Shown: one piece after another, positions 15,155 to 29,852 of the stretch | Numbering within the stretch: the stretch's first letter is position 1 | Layout: the number at the start of each line of letters is the position of its first letter | NCBI GenBank assembly: GCA_964016885.1 | Contig: OZ024755.1 | Coordinates: forward strand, 14,942,001 to 15,006,000 | Source: Eledone cirrhosa | Taxonomy: Eukaryota | Length of the DNA stretch: 64,000 nucleotides | Direction: 5' to 3' | Notes under the pieces: generated by a model | Database searches by the model: none | The model's input: the letters and a program-made list of their open reading frames with translations, nothing else | What the model was told of the DNA's origin: nothing | Position numbers and translations under genes: made by a program

Positions 15155-15650
15155 GGAAAAAGTATAACCCGACGGCAGAGCTCAAGCCGTTTCGACGGCT
15201 ATTTCTGGACTAAATTAGAATTTTTAGCCTAGTGAATAAATAGGCGAAATTTTCAAGGGGTACTTCCTTATATGGGAAGATTGTAGTTGTCAAGAGGATT
15301 GGTTAAACTTGGTTGTAAACACAAATAAGTCTATCATGGCATTTGGTGGGAGGTAGGGGTGGCTGAACTTGCCTGTAGTACAATAGGGGAGTGAGTGGAG
15401 CTGTCAAGCGTTGAAAGTGATATGTATACAGCAGATTCTAAGGATAGTGTATGAAGTGGAGGAGGGAGGTTATAGAATAGGTAAATCGAATGAGAGTAGG
15501 AGACAATAAAAGATAATAGAAATAAATAAAAAAATATATAAAATTAGATAATGAGAAATGAATAAAAAAAAATCACAATGCTATCTTAAAATTACAGGTT
15601 AATAAGTTGATAATAGAAAAAAACTTGTAGGAATTGAGTAGTACCAGAAC
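15155..15650 (-). mobile_element. Family A element, longer non-folded copy
   Basis: Starts after (TA)n with GGAAAAAGTATAACCCGACGGCAGAGCTCAAGCCGTTTCGACGG and continues past the turn-around points of the other copies. The right boundary is approximate. Confidence 0.6.
15161..15265 (-). ncRNA. Hammerhead-like fold with U3-A8 core and 56-nt stem II domain (family A)
   Basis: Minus strand reads ACCCC-UUGAAAA-[56 nt]-GAAACGGC(UUGAGCUCU)GCCGUC-GGGU. The stem III and GUC half recurs in the copies at 8651, 16872, 42545 and 42752. Confidence 0.55.
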
Positions 15651-15671
15651 TGATACAAAATCAGTGATCAT

Positions 15672-15772
15672 GTCAGATCCATACAATGATCATGTCTCGA
15701 GCTATCTGGCGCGAAACAATTGTAACACGCAATAAACTGAGTCCAGATGCATCAATGATTTTTCGTTTGTTT

Positions 15773-15777
<5 letters not shown>
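15672..15777 (+). mobile_element. Family B partial copy
   Basis: Homologous to 52867-52970 (CAGATCCATACAA...TGTCTCGAGCTA...GTCCAGATGCATCA.TGATTTTTCGTTT) and ends at (TA)n. Confidence 0.75.
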
Positions 15778-15810
<33 letters not shown>

Positions 15811-15814
<4 letters not shown>

Positions 15815-16232
15815 ATGTTGAGAAGGTAACACACTAGAGATAGTTCACTATCAATAAAACAGGGAAAAACCACCAGTGTATGGAATCTATAACCTATGAA
15901 AGGCAGGGTAGACACACGGTAATTAAAAATATAAATTAAAGTGTATATACAAACCTCTATAACTATATAACACACACGTACAAATCCAATGAGATCTGTT
16001 TCACCAATAGTTTGTTGACAGAAATAAATAGCCCATGGTTCTTCTGCGTGTGTAAGGCTATACATTTCAGACAACTCTTTTTTCCCCTGTTTTATTGATA
16101 GCGCACTATCTCTCTCTAGTGTGTTACCTTTTCAACATATTGTATTTTAAAGAGCTCAGGATTCCTTCTCCTTTGAGCACATTATTGACAGGGAATAGCG
16201 AGAGCCTATGGCTCTGTTAATCTATCGTGATT
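15811..16232. mobile_element. TA-embedded fold-back element, family C
   Basis: Inverted repeats 15811-15869 and 16078-16142, a ~90 nt tail to (TA)n, and a hammerhead fold inside. Confidence 0.75.
15971..16054 (-). ncRNA. Type I hammerhead ribozyme fold with U4A substitution
   Basis: Minus strand reads UACACACG-CAGAAGA-ACCA...UGGU-GAAA-CAGAUC(UCAUUG)GAUUUGUA-CGUGUGUG. Stem I is 8 bp, stem III 7 bp, and the triplet is GUA. Confidence 0.7.
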
Positions 16233-16260
16233 ATATATATATATATATATATATATAAGT

Positions 16261-16375
16261 GAAGGCGTGTGTCTGAGTGGTTAGAGAGTCGGATTCACAA
16301 TCTTGAGGTTATGAGTTCGGTCGCTGGACCGGATGATGCGTTATGTCATTGAGCAAGACACTTTATGTCACGTTT
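16261..16375 (+). mobile_element. Second tRNA-derived SINE family, 5' part
   Basis: tRNA-like head GAAGGCGTGTGTCTGAGTGGTTAGAG...GAGTTCG followed by TTGAGCAAGACACTTTA. Related copies lie at ~19598-19800 (+) and ~48770-49020 (-). Confidence 0.6.
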
Positions 16376-16817
16376 CTCCTTCTACCTGGAGTTGCGACCG
16401 ATAGATAGTATTAGAAACTGGAAAACCAACGGGAACATTGTTTCCTCGGTCCGATTTGACGAAAGTCGATCGAAAATATGTATATATATATATATATATA
16501 GTTAAAGAATGAAGATTAACATTGTTGGCTGTACAATAGGGGATTTATTTAAAGTACTGACAATTGTTTGGTTGATCATGTGGGTCTAGAGTTCGCTAAT
16601 TGCTTGATGTTGCGTTATTCGATCTCCAATACATTATTCACCTATGGTCAACACATCAGGGTATGTAGATATAACCTGCATAAAAATTAACGCGAACTCG
16701 CTGCATAACTATGGAAGCATCTTATTCAGTAAAAAAAGAAGCCGTACGTTAAAACTATCAACGACGGAGACCATTCACAATCTCTAACTGGATTACCTAT
16801 AACGATAACTTGTTATC

Positions 16818-16861
<44 letters not shown>

Positions 16862-16871
16862 GTGTGTACAG

Positions 16872-17130
16872 AGAAAAAAGTATAACCCCGACGGCAGAGC
16901 TCCAGCCGTTTCGACGGCTATTTCTGGACTAAATTAGAATTTTTAGCCTGGTGAATAAAGTTTTGTTCACCTGGCTAAACATTCTAATTTAGTCCAGAAA
17001 TAGCCGTCGAAACGGCTTGAGCTCTGCCGTCGGGGTGATACTGTTTCCCATTTCCCACTCTACTACCCTAAGTATTGAGTACTCTGGTACGTTATGGTTC
17101 ATCTGGTTCCTTACCACAATTCCTTCGTTA
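16872..17130 (+). mobile_element. TA-embedded fold-back element, family A
   Basis: Arms of ~87 bp fold at ~16960, followed by the same tail ending TTCCTTCGTTA before (TA)n. Confidence 0.8.
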
Positions 17131-18796
<1,666 letters not shown>

Positions 18797-21700
18797 TCAT
18801 ATATCGAACCTTATTTATTGCTTCTATTTACGTTATCTTGTAAATTGCACCGAAGAAATAACAACTACACTGCCGGGGAAATGGAAATAAAATGGAATAA
18901 TTTTGCCAGAAAGACGAAAGCCTCTTATAACGTTCAAGTTGCTTATGTGTTTAAAATGAAATATTTTATTACTATTTTATGGTTAGATTGTACGACCTGA
19001 TCTCAACAGGTGTAGATTATTGTACTGAGTATCTAATAAGTAAATATACATTAGATCCGTCTTGCCAAATATGATTAACGCTGAGTGTATGTGTTCACTC
19101 GATTTGCTATAAACAATAATAGTAGAATTATTTCCGTCTCCCTGTTTAACACTCTAAGTATGCCGTACCTGTGGAGGATTTCTCGCATTCATTTGCAAGC
19201 ATTCTGGCCAGGTTTCCTTGTTGAGGGTAATTTATGCGAGCTATATGCTAGGCTCTGTCTCGGAGTTCCTAGAAATTCCTACGGACACTGTTTTTTTCTC
19301 CTGACTAGCTGAAACCAAGCAATGCATAATATATTTAGTAGTGTATTCCTTCATGTGATCATCCAGCCTTATAGGTCGAGAAATACATCTGGAACACATT
19401 GAAACATAGGCTAGCTCAATCAGTGCATGCCTGCGACAAACCAAAAGCAATTGGAAGTAAATTTCTATTTTCTCAATTTAGGCAGATCTAATTTCTCTAA
19501 TTTGGCAGATAACATATTGATCCTGAATCGATATCTACGATTTTCAAACCATCTGTTAGGTTTCCAGGTTGTTTCCCTCTACCTAACTTTCCATGCGAGG
19601 AGGCGCGTGATTTAGTCGTGAGATGCTTGAACTTCCGATTATAATGTCATTGGTTCGATTCCTGGACACGCTTCTGTGTTGTGTTCTTGAACAAAACACG
19701 TATTTCCATTGTTCTAGTATACACAGCTGAGAATGAGCACTAGCAGTAGCTAGGGTTTTAACCCTGTGATGGAATGGCTTAATGCTCAGAGGGAAGTCAT
19801 GTATTCTCAGTCACTTTGTTTCAACCAAAGTCTATCGTCAAAGAGTTTTGCCTCAGATGGAATTGAACCTAGTACCTTACTATTCGGAAGTCGAATCTTT
19901 AACCATTTGGGTATACTGTGTCCATTTGTGATCAACCTCCCTTTCAGAATTAGGTTACGTATAGAAAATGTTTTTTCTTTTTTTTCTTCTAAAGATTGAT
20001 ATCTCAAATGAAATAATCTATGGAATAATACAAGGAATTTTATTTCTATCGAATAGAAATTTTATTGTGACAATTTCGGAAGATCATAAAATGGGTATTT
20101 CCGTAATTTATCAAATTTTAAATACATTATCTGCCAAATTAGAGTAATTGTCTTAAATGCGATTTTTGTCATATTTTTTGTTATATATAATTTTAACTTT
20201 AAGTTACAAGTATCTTTGATAACAACATCTACTAATTAGACCGCTATCATTTTTATCCATTTAAGCTGGAATGTTTTATGTTGCACATATAATATTTGTG
20301 AAAAGCAAATTACCCCCAAATCTGTAATAATAGTGTTAGCATTCAATTTTAAATATTGAGACAAAGTGTAAGACATTAAGACATTCTAGGACATAATGCA
20401 TATATTCTGTAGTAATTTATTTGTAGTTCAAATCCTACATTGAGACAAGAGTTGAGGACTCTAGTAACCTTTAGTGTAATCACAAAGTATTCTTTCAATG
20501 AACTTCGTTGAAACACAGAATAATGATGTCAACAAATAATATGATATTAATATGCTATTATCGTTATTGCTTCGGAGAGAATGTTCTGCGGTATTTGTTT
20601 CGGCTCATTGCTATTTAATATCAAATCGCGCCGAGGTCAACTTTGCCTTTCATCCATTCAAGGTAGATAATAAAAGTACCAGCTAATTAGTAGTGTAGCT
20701 TCTTCTTTTATAACGCTTTGTCACTTCCATTCTCTCAGTTTCTTTCCTTCTCAGGAACAAATCTGCTTTTTAAATCAGGTTTTTAAATGCCCTTCAAACA
20801 CCGCATGTAGATACAGGACCCCAGCAAATCTATCATGAGTTTCGGGAGCATGTATACATAGTTATTATTGTTATTGTGGCTTCCTCGTCTCCAAAGACGA
20901 GTGTTCCAGTTCTTTAATAAAAAACAAACAGTTATATATATATATATACGGAGAGAAAGAGAGATACATAGATAAATAGTTATATAGATATAGTGAGTGA
21001 GAGAGAGGAAAGTATGAGGCAGAGTGTGTGTGTGTGTGTGAGAGAGAGAGAGGTGCATATCAGATGGGTCCGGTGAGAATAAATAAATGGTATATGGAAC
21101 AATATACTTGGTGATATACAAACGAACGAGATGGTCAAGACTGGAAATGTTTCGATTAATTATGATCTGTAGCAAAACAAACAAAAATTATATTTCGTCG
21201 AGCCAAAGTATATGTGTCTGTGTGTGGTAGTTCAATCTGCTGTATATAACAATCAATGTTTATTCATATCTTTCATATATAAATATAGAAATTGTTAAAG
21301 ACGAATTCATATTAATGACTATATATTTTCCTGGCATAGAAAAATCTCATTTATTACCGGAGAGATAGAGCGGAAAATACAATAGATGGTTGTCATACAC
21401 ACCTGTAATTATATTATCGGTCCTAGGGGATGAAAAAAATGCGTTACCTGTAGGAAAAGTGTAGGCTGTTATATGAGAGCGGCTTTAGCAAATTCTAAAA
21501 TGGATTTTCTACTAAACACACTCAATATATTGTATAATGATAAACGAACCAACGAAGAAACATTCGATCTAGAAGCAAACGATTCACGATATTTCAAAAT
21601 AGTTTGAAAAGTATAAAAAGCATACTTCATTAGAAATATGGTTAAAAATCGGTTAAATAATATATAATCCAGATATTCAAATCTGATGCTTCTACTATGG

Positions 21701-22821
21701 AGTGGTCTTTACGTTAATGTCATCTGTTGAGATAAACCAATGTAATGATTATGCGAAACTTAAATTTCGTGTAATGGTATCCGATTTATTGATACACTGC
21801 ATTACATTCAGCGATCCCAAGGTGTAGGAAATTTGGCAGTGGGAAACTGTGGATATATGTCGAATGCTTTGTTATTCAAATTTTCAGCTATACCCTATAT
21901 TTTGATACGCTGATTAGGTTTCGGAATTACTATGAGTCTACATATTTCTATGGCATAAGCACATAGGTACATGTTAATTCACGTTTTAAACGTTTCATTT
22001 ATCAAACGAATTAATGCCCTTCGTCAATATTTAATGGAACATCCATCATGGTATGAAAAGAAAACAATTGAAAATATATTTGATATTTGATCGGAGAGAG
22101 ATGAGTGCAAAATATATAACACGTAGATATTATATTAACTAGAAATGAGAGAAATATCAAGCAAAGTGATAACACGACCAAAAGCAAATTTCTAAAAGTA
22201 ATGTTATCATGGATTATGTATTCTTTGCAAGATTTTAACCATCATGGGAATTAAGAAAGTCCATTCTATTTAATGATATAAATCGAGGACAAACTTTCTA
22301 ATTTATTGATGCCTGGCACTTAATCAGCTGACCTTTCATTACGCGAGCTTTCCTTTTCTGATATTGCACCTTCTGGTGAATTGTACATAGGACTTTGACA
22401 TTAAACAGATAAACATTCCACAGGCATATATTGATGGATGTTTTTAAGTTTATCTTTCTTTCCTTCCCTGTAAACACAACAATGCGTTTTCTCACTAAAT
22501 ACATAACCCACCAACTTAGTAATCCATCGTTAGTTCAATTGCCTGGTTGAACACAGTAAATACATAGTTCAAATCTTACCCCAGAGAGGTGGATAATATA
22601 TACATGTTCTGTACTTCTCGAGTTAATGATGCTGCGCTGCAGTGAATGTTGTGCAAACATCTTTACGCTTGCAGTGTCAAACACAATCGCTTATATATCA
22701 GATTCTAAACTATTCTTGCTTACTTATAATTGCAGGAATGTTGCAATAGAATTATCTTAGAAATCCCAGTTCAAATTTAAGGAAAATTATTCACATTTAT
22801 ACGACAGTTTATATTATTGTA

Positions 22822-22981
22822 CGAGGGTCAGCTGAAAGTTCATAGACTGACTACGAAGGAGTGACATTTGATCTGCGAATTCGTGTATACATTAATTTCA
22901 ACTCTTAGTAATAACTGCATTCTATCTGTACAGGGACTGGAGAGTATCTTGGTCAGCCTATGACATTTTCAGCTGAACTCG
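22822..22981. mobile_element. Mariner-type MITE
   Basis: TA-CGAGGGTCAGCTGAAAGTTCATAGACTGAC ... GTCAGCCTATGACATTTTCAGCTGAACTCG-TA, i.e. ~30 bp imperfect TIRs with a TA TSD. Confidence 0.8.
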
Positions 22982-23394
22982 TAATTTATATTAGCTTGGT
23001 TGAGATTACATATATATTTATATGTGTGTAATCGGCTTAATGAAGGAAGGAAGATGAGACAGTAAGTGAAAATTAGTGATAGCCAGATGAGTAAACTTCT
23101 ATGCACTAAAAATATGACAATTCCGAATCATAATATTCATTTTTTCAGATTCATTCATACAGTGAAATCCTATAATTTTGATCAACATGAATATTTACTA
23201 GATTCCAAGACGATTTATTCATTCTTTCTGTGTCTCTATATCCATTAATGCCCTGATACAAAAAGCATTATCAAAATGATTCGCGTCTACGGGTATGATT
23301 TAGAAATCACATGGTTCAGCGTTTCATCTCTCATCACACTGATGACAATGATAAGAATATATCATTGCTTTAACGGAAACAGCAATGGTTTACA

Positions 23395-24010
23395 TCACCA
23401 CGGGTTCCAAGAAATGTGAACCGAGCAGTGAGATGTAATATACCCTGTTTGTTTCTGCTGATCATCATCTCAGCAAATAACGGTGAAGGGATTTGTCAAT
23501 GAGTGTACAGGCTGGTTGTCGTTGCAGTCCTACCAGCTCATCTCATTTAGGCATATGTTATTGGCGACAGCACATAGTATATTTTACGCTTAACATTTTC
23601 ACCACGCCTACCTCTACACTTTCACATTTCAACACAAACCTGAACCTACTCGGAGATCCGCGATAACTCGAATGACATCGTTATCCATCTTTTTACCTTT
23701 GAAGTTAGTAGTTAATTGATCCAAACACCACTCGCTGAATCATGTGCAGCAGGTAAACTTGTAAAATCTTATTGATTTTGTGCGTCTGCAACTATATATA
23801 CTGTAACTCTATTAATAATTGTCTTATCCGGATTTCGTTGCTGTCTTTATAATTCTGTTATCTTGTTCCTCTCACAAACCTTCTATTTTTCGATGAAGCT
23901 CAAGGGTCCAAAACGTTTAAGAATCACTCACAACTTTATCAAGCGTTGAACTAATATACTATTAGTACAGTTTATTGTTCTACTTTGTTGTTCTACTTGT
24001 GTTTGAACCT
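23395..24010 (+). pseudogene. Possible highly decayed PLE GIY-YIG endonuclease end plus terminal repeat
   Basis: A frameshifted ITTGSKKCEPSS/DVIYPVCFC...GE-like string is followed by the degenerate hammerhead CGATGA-AGCTCAAGGGTC-CAAAACGTTTA at ~23891-23920. Confidence 0.35.
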
Positions 24011-26511
24011 GCATTCTTTAAATTTCATAGACCTAAAAATATAAAAAATGCCTCTAATCACTAATGATGAATTGGATATAAGTCAGAAGTGTATCGCCTG
24101 AGGATCAAGAATCAATAACTTAAAGTAGCGGCGTTTTGAGACTCAATTCTGAATAAATACCAGGTATACTATAACACTCTACATACACATATAGACTGTT
24201 TTCGTTCATTTTATTGCATTTTACTCTAGTGTGATACTACTAACTCTATATTTGAATGTTACCTTCTATTGATTGTTATAAGTAAATTCCTTCCGTAACC
24301 AGCAGATCAAAAAATAACAAAGTAAAACCATAAAGCTTCATTTTTCGACTTTATCGATTGCTTGGAATATTTGCAGTGATGTATAACACGACGAGTTTGT
24401 TAATGAATTGGTCATACTGTTCAGTTTAATTCTGAATTTAACGGCTCATATTTGGTTTGAGGCAAACATCTAATTGTTATAGATTGCAAATATATTTGGT
24501 AGCAATTATAAAGTTACTGTTTGACGCACAGTAGTTTGAAGGATTTACAAACTGAACAGCTGAACAAATGAACATAGGAACAGTAGCTTTCCAGTAACAG
24601 AAACCTGTGGCTACTGGCACAAATAGATGCTGCTTCTTAAATTTTCTGAAACTAAACTAAATTAATCTGCACTGAATCCTTATATCTACTAAAACATAAT
24701 AAGAAATGCACTGTACAAATATACTGCGTTAAAGCAATAGGCTAGTTGTCAAATAATGACAAAGTTTACACAACTTTATAGAGGAAATTTTATTTATTCT
24801 CGCTATTTGCCGTCTTAAACATCGACACAGTTTTAAACATTGATGGTCATTTCGATTTAATAAAGAAACTTCGGTACACATTGAATATTCTTTTACTTGC
24901 TAAGTCGTTAGGTTTGTTGTATGGTTTCTCTCACTGTCTAACTTTATTTATTTACAACGCTCTGAGTGTGATTTCTTCGTCATCATCATCATTACCACCA
25001 CAGCCATCAACGCAAACTTCGCCCTCGTCGTCCTCATCGTCAGCTTTATCAAAGTCATTACCAACGTCGTCGTCGCCTTTGTATTCGTCATGGTCATCAT
25101 CATAATCGCTATCGTCTTCTTCATAGTGGTTGCCACCATCAACTTTCTCCCCCTCTATAACCTCCTCCTATTCATCCTCTATTCCTCCCGTTTCCTCTCA
25201 CCTTCTTCGTCATCATCATCATCAGTAGCATCAGCCACAGAAGCAAAATAAAATCGTCAGTGATCGTATTTTATTTTAACGTATCTGAGTTGAGCTTCAG
25301 CATCAGTTTCCGTGTCTTCATCTATATTGTTTAGCACCCCACCTGTGCGACCGTCTACGTATATTGGTCAAATGTACAACCTGTGCTGGCATCTACATTT
25401 GCTGATTAACAACACCACATACAAGTAGCTGCCTCAATATCTCAATATGTGGGTCAGTAACACCACATGTATGACTGTCATTTACATCTGTTGGTCAACA
25501 GCACCCCGTGTGTGGGCATATCAATCTGTTAATTAACACAAACACCTGTGAATATCAGTCTCTGAATATCAGTCAGCAACGTCACTCAGGTGATCATCTT
25601 AATCTGTTGGTCGAAACAGCAATTCTGTACGTGTTGGTCAACAACATTCTGTAAACGTTCGCCTACATTTGTTGGTAAACGGCAATAATTTTACATCGTT
25701 GTTTTTATATGCGTGTGTGTCACCCCCTCCCCTGTACGAGATTGCTCTCATTTACATGCATGCCAATGACCCCACTCTGGTTGTCTCCCTCACAATTTAG
25801 TATGAAATCTCATGTTGAAGTTGGCTATGGACACACGCACATTTAGACATACACAACACACACAGACACACAGAGACGAACAGACATATGTAAACACACA
25901 TTTACACGCATACACATAAATCACACATGCATAAACAGACTAAGACGCACATACACACATACACAAAACTGTCATACATACACATACACACAGAGGCACA
26001 TACACATACATTCACACACGCACATTTACACACACATATACATACAGACAGTTGCACACACATACAAACAGTATTCTCTTTCCTAAACCTGCAATTAAAT
26101 ATTTCGTTAAAATTCCAGGAAACCATTGAAACGTTGGTTTACAAAGACTACCAGCGCCACCAGCCACACAAAATAAGATTAATGAATGTCAAATTGTTAA
26201 AGAAGTTTAATGATTAGCCGTGACCGTCACCAGCGATTGGGAATGTATTTTATTTTATACGTGGGATTCAGAGCTATGTTTAAAAAAATACGATCAATGT
26301 TTTATTTTTGTATTTTCTGACTAATATTTTTCCAAATTTCTGAAATTTAATCCAACATATACAAGTACGTAGACATAGGAAAACACACATACTCGTGGCT
26401 ATATATAGAGAGAGATAGATAGATAGATAGATATACACACACGCACACAATTGTGTATACTTTTACATCCCCCCCCCACACACACACATATATATGGGTG
26501 TGTCTGTGTGT

Positions 26512-26615
26512 CCCAGTTTTAATCGAGGGTAACCACAGTAAGTAAGGAACTGCTTTCCTGATGATTTCTTTCGAATGAAACAGTTCTAGTCCTGTAGAAG
26601 CCATTTATATATTAA
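26512..26615. mobile_element. Family E copy with internal inversion
   Basis: The tail segment is in minus orientation and is joined to the hammerhead segment in plus orientation. At 42299 the two segments are colinear. Confidence 0.7.
26552..26601 (+). ncRNA. Type I hammerhead ribozyme, canonical core
   Basis: Reads GCUUUC-CUGAUGA-UUUC(UUUC)GAAU-GAAA-CAG(UUCUAGUC)CUGUA-GAAGC, with stem III ACAG/CUGU and GUA cleavage after 26596. A homologous copy at 42382-42429 has a longer but still paired stem II. Confidence 0.8.
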
Positions 26616-27043
26616 ATATATATATTGTTTGTGATAATCTACAGGTATACGCTTACACTCAGGCGTTCGTATGTGCGGGTGTGTGCGTATGTATTTGTGT
26701 ATGCACGTGAGAGTGCATGTGTCCCAAACGTGTTATGAGGGAACAGTGATTCAAACGATTTGATTTATCGAGCCCTGGAGATTGAAAGAAGTAGACCTCG
26801 AAGGGATTTAGATTTACACAAAGATATTTTTGTCCGTGTCTCTACCAATTATTTTTCTCTCTAATTCTCACATGCAGAACTAATATAATAACATATATTC
26901 TGCTTTCTTGCGAGATGTTTTTCGGCTGTGTCAATTTCCTTAACGTCTTAATTTATGCTGGATTAGAACGATGTTATGCTTAGAGACTACAGAGTTACAA
27001 AAGCTGAAATAGTTAAAATATAATGCTACGTAAACTTCACGTA

Positions 27044-27121
27044 CAGGGTGTCCCATAAATTGTATACACCCTTTGATTAGAATGCTGTTGAAGTGTGTAT
27101 GTATTTTTGGGGGACACCCTA
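27044..27121. mobile_element. Tiny Tc1/mariner-type MITE (~78 bp)
   Basis: TA-CAGGGTGTCCCATAAATTGTATACAC ... GTGTATGTATTTTTGGGGGACACCCTA-TA. Confidence 0.75.
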
Positions 27122-28552
27122 TATTTCTTATAAGTAATAGTGATTGACGTTCTCCTCAACTTCCAGCCCATTATAAATCTTTAAAATCAGAAGATATCAT
27201 AAATTGTCTTTATTTTCTACTCCACAATTAATATATGAATGTTTTGTTTTTTTTAAACCATTTTGATACGAAACCACTTGAAACTGCATCTAGTTGAATG
27301 ATACAAAACTGTTTTGAAATATATTTATTTAATAACTTTCTGTCATACTGTTAAGTAAAAAAAAGTATGTTAAGTTATGCTGCAAAACTCAGCTAGATAA
27401 TGGGAAAATTAGTTATTTTACTGAATCATTTCAAACTCTTTCGAAACTCATGAGTCTTATACACACAGACACACACTCACAAACAGACACACACAGACAG
27501 ACAAACAGACACAATATATTCTAAAAGATGATACGCGGATACTGATAATTACCACTGTTATACCTTTCTTAATGTCCTCATGAATATTTCAGATGAATGC
27601 AAAATGTAATAGAAATGTAGTGGCTTCAATGTGCCAAAACAAAATCTATACACAAAAAAATTAGTTTAAGCTGTATCTGCAAGACGAAGACATGAACGAC
27701 ATAATTCACCTGTCCTATAGCAAAAAAAAAAAAAGAAAAAAAAAGAATCCTCAAACTTCATGATTATATAAGATAACTTTGACGAAATAGGTATCGATAT
27801 GCTACTTCAGGGTTTAGTACTGTAACAATAACATATATTCAAATTCTTTATAGTAAATTATAGCTGAATAGTTTTACTTGCATTTTCGAAAGAAAAAAGT
27901 TAAATAATTTGAAAATTATTCAGCATATATTTTTCTGTTGTCCGTTTTATTAATTGGCAAGTGAGAATAGTATCTTTCAGTTGTTAGTTTGCATTATTTC
28001 GTGAGACCTTATCAAAAGATGGAATGTTGAGGGGTAAATCGAATTCTTAATATATGTAACAGGTCTGATCCAAGCTTTTATTGGATCTTATAAATCGACA
28101 CCGAAAATATATGTATTTTTTATGTTCCTCCTACGTTTCCTTCATAAGAAAAAAACATCGGATTATCTCATTCTATTTAATAAAGGTTCTTATGATGTAT
28201 TATTTGTAGTATTTGTAAAGCATTAATATTACACGGAATTCATTCGGTAACTCTGTCGAAGCAAGCCTTCAATAGATTTGTAAGATATAATTTACACATT
28301 TATTTCTCGTTTCATTTTTACTCCATATAATACAGTGAAGAATGTAAAGAATTCCTTTCTTTCTATCGCACTATAAGACGTTAGTAAAGAGTAATCTTTT
28401 ATGTGGCACGTCCCCTTAAGAAACTAAGTCTGAGAATTGTGAAGAATATATTTGTATGGGAATTACTTTCCGTCTGATAGTTGGACATCTGGTTATTCAC
28501 GTAAAGTAATCGAGAAATACATGCTATGTATCACATAATAATAATAATAATG

Positions 28553-29032
28553 TTTCTACTTTAAGCAAAAGGCCATAGAAGGAGGAGAAAGTCGATTAAA
28601 TCGACCCAGTGCATTACTGGTACTTTACCTTATCGACCCCGTAAGGAGGAAAGGCAGACCTAACATCGGCGGAATTTGAAATTAGAACGTACAGGGCCGT
28701 AATTATATATCACAATGCATCGTGTCTGTTGCTGTACTGATACTGCCAACCGACCGCTCTTTTATAATAATTGTTTCTACTTTTTGCACAAGGCCAGCAA
28801 TTATCCAGTGCATTACTGGTACTTTATTTTATCGAGCCTGTAAGGTTGAAAGGAAAAGTTAACCTCGGCGGGATTTGAACTCAGTTCATAAAGCGACGTA
28901 ACTATGCTGCAAAGCATAGCATCCGACCCTCTACCGATACTGCCAAATAATAATAATAATAATGGTTCCTGATTTAGACACAAGGCCAGCAATTTTTCGA
29001 GGAGGAAAAGTCGATTAAATCGATCTCTGTGC
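28553..29032 (-). mobile_element. Three head-to-tail SINE copies, same family
   Basis: Copies at ~28553-28760, 28772-28945 and 28962-29032 (partial), separated by TAA-rich spacers. Confidence 0.8.
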
Positions 29033-29821
29033 AAAGCTTAACAGTAATATGTTTTAAAACTAAGAAACAATTATATTGTAAATTCAAGAAACATCTTCGC
29101 ACAGAATGTAATAATGTTTTGTTTGATTTTCTTTCTTAAAACAAGAAAGCAACATTAATTCCAGCGGAGAAATTAAAACGAGAGGATGGGTGAACATGTA
29201 AGACAGTCATATATATTTAGTCTTCACCATTTTTTTTTTCCAATTTTCTTAAATTCAACATGTGTAACATACACAAATATAAAATAATATATAGGTTTAT
29301 TGAATTAGACTCGTTAATACTAATACATAAACTGAGTTAAATTTGATAATTGTTTTAAAAAAATCGGAGAGATAACGTAGTTGTTAAATAGACCATTATT
29401 GATTTCTTAAAGTAGCTAAAAGTACATTTATTATATTTAGTAAATACAAGAATATACTGCTTTGTATACAGTCATGGAATGGTAATTTTGTATAGATGTA
29501 TGCATTCCTGGTGTTCTATATGTACATGCTCAGTGAAATGGAAGAGACGGTAAATCGTAGGATGGAATCATTCGTTGTAGTCGTTACTACTTTCCGCGCT
29601 TTGAGTGAGTTCACATTCCATGTAGGTTAACATCGCCTCTCATGCATCCCAGGTAGATAAATACAGTACTATACCAGTATTGGGATCCATCTCTCTCCCC
29701 CCCTCTCTCTCCTTCTGGAAAAAATAGGCTGTGTTCAGACCTCGAGAGGAATGGGGTACGCGAGGTATAAAATGTCGACTATGGTGCCCTTACGACTCCA
29801 TCAGGTATTATGGATCCATTC

Positions 29822-29852
<31 letters not shown>

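Noticed and set aside
19241-19570. Possible piggyBac transposase remnant on the minus strand
   Set aside because: Only a vague resemblance, with no intact catalytic motif and no TIR/TTAA ends found.
23335-23400. CTGATGA, an 8-bp hairpin and GAAAC as a hammerhead
   Set aside because: There is an 8-nt insertion before GAAA and no stem I pairing.
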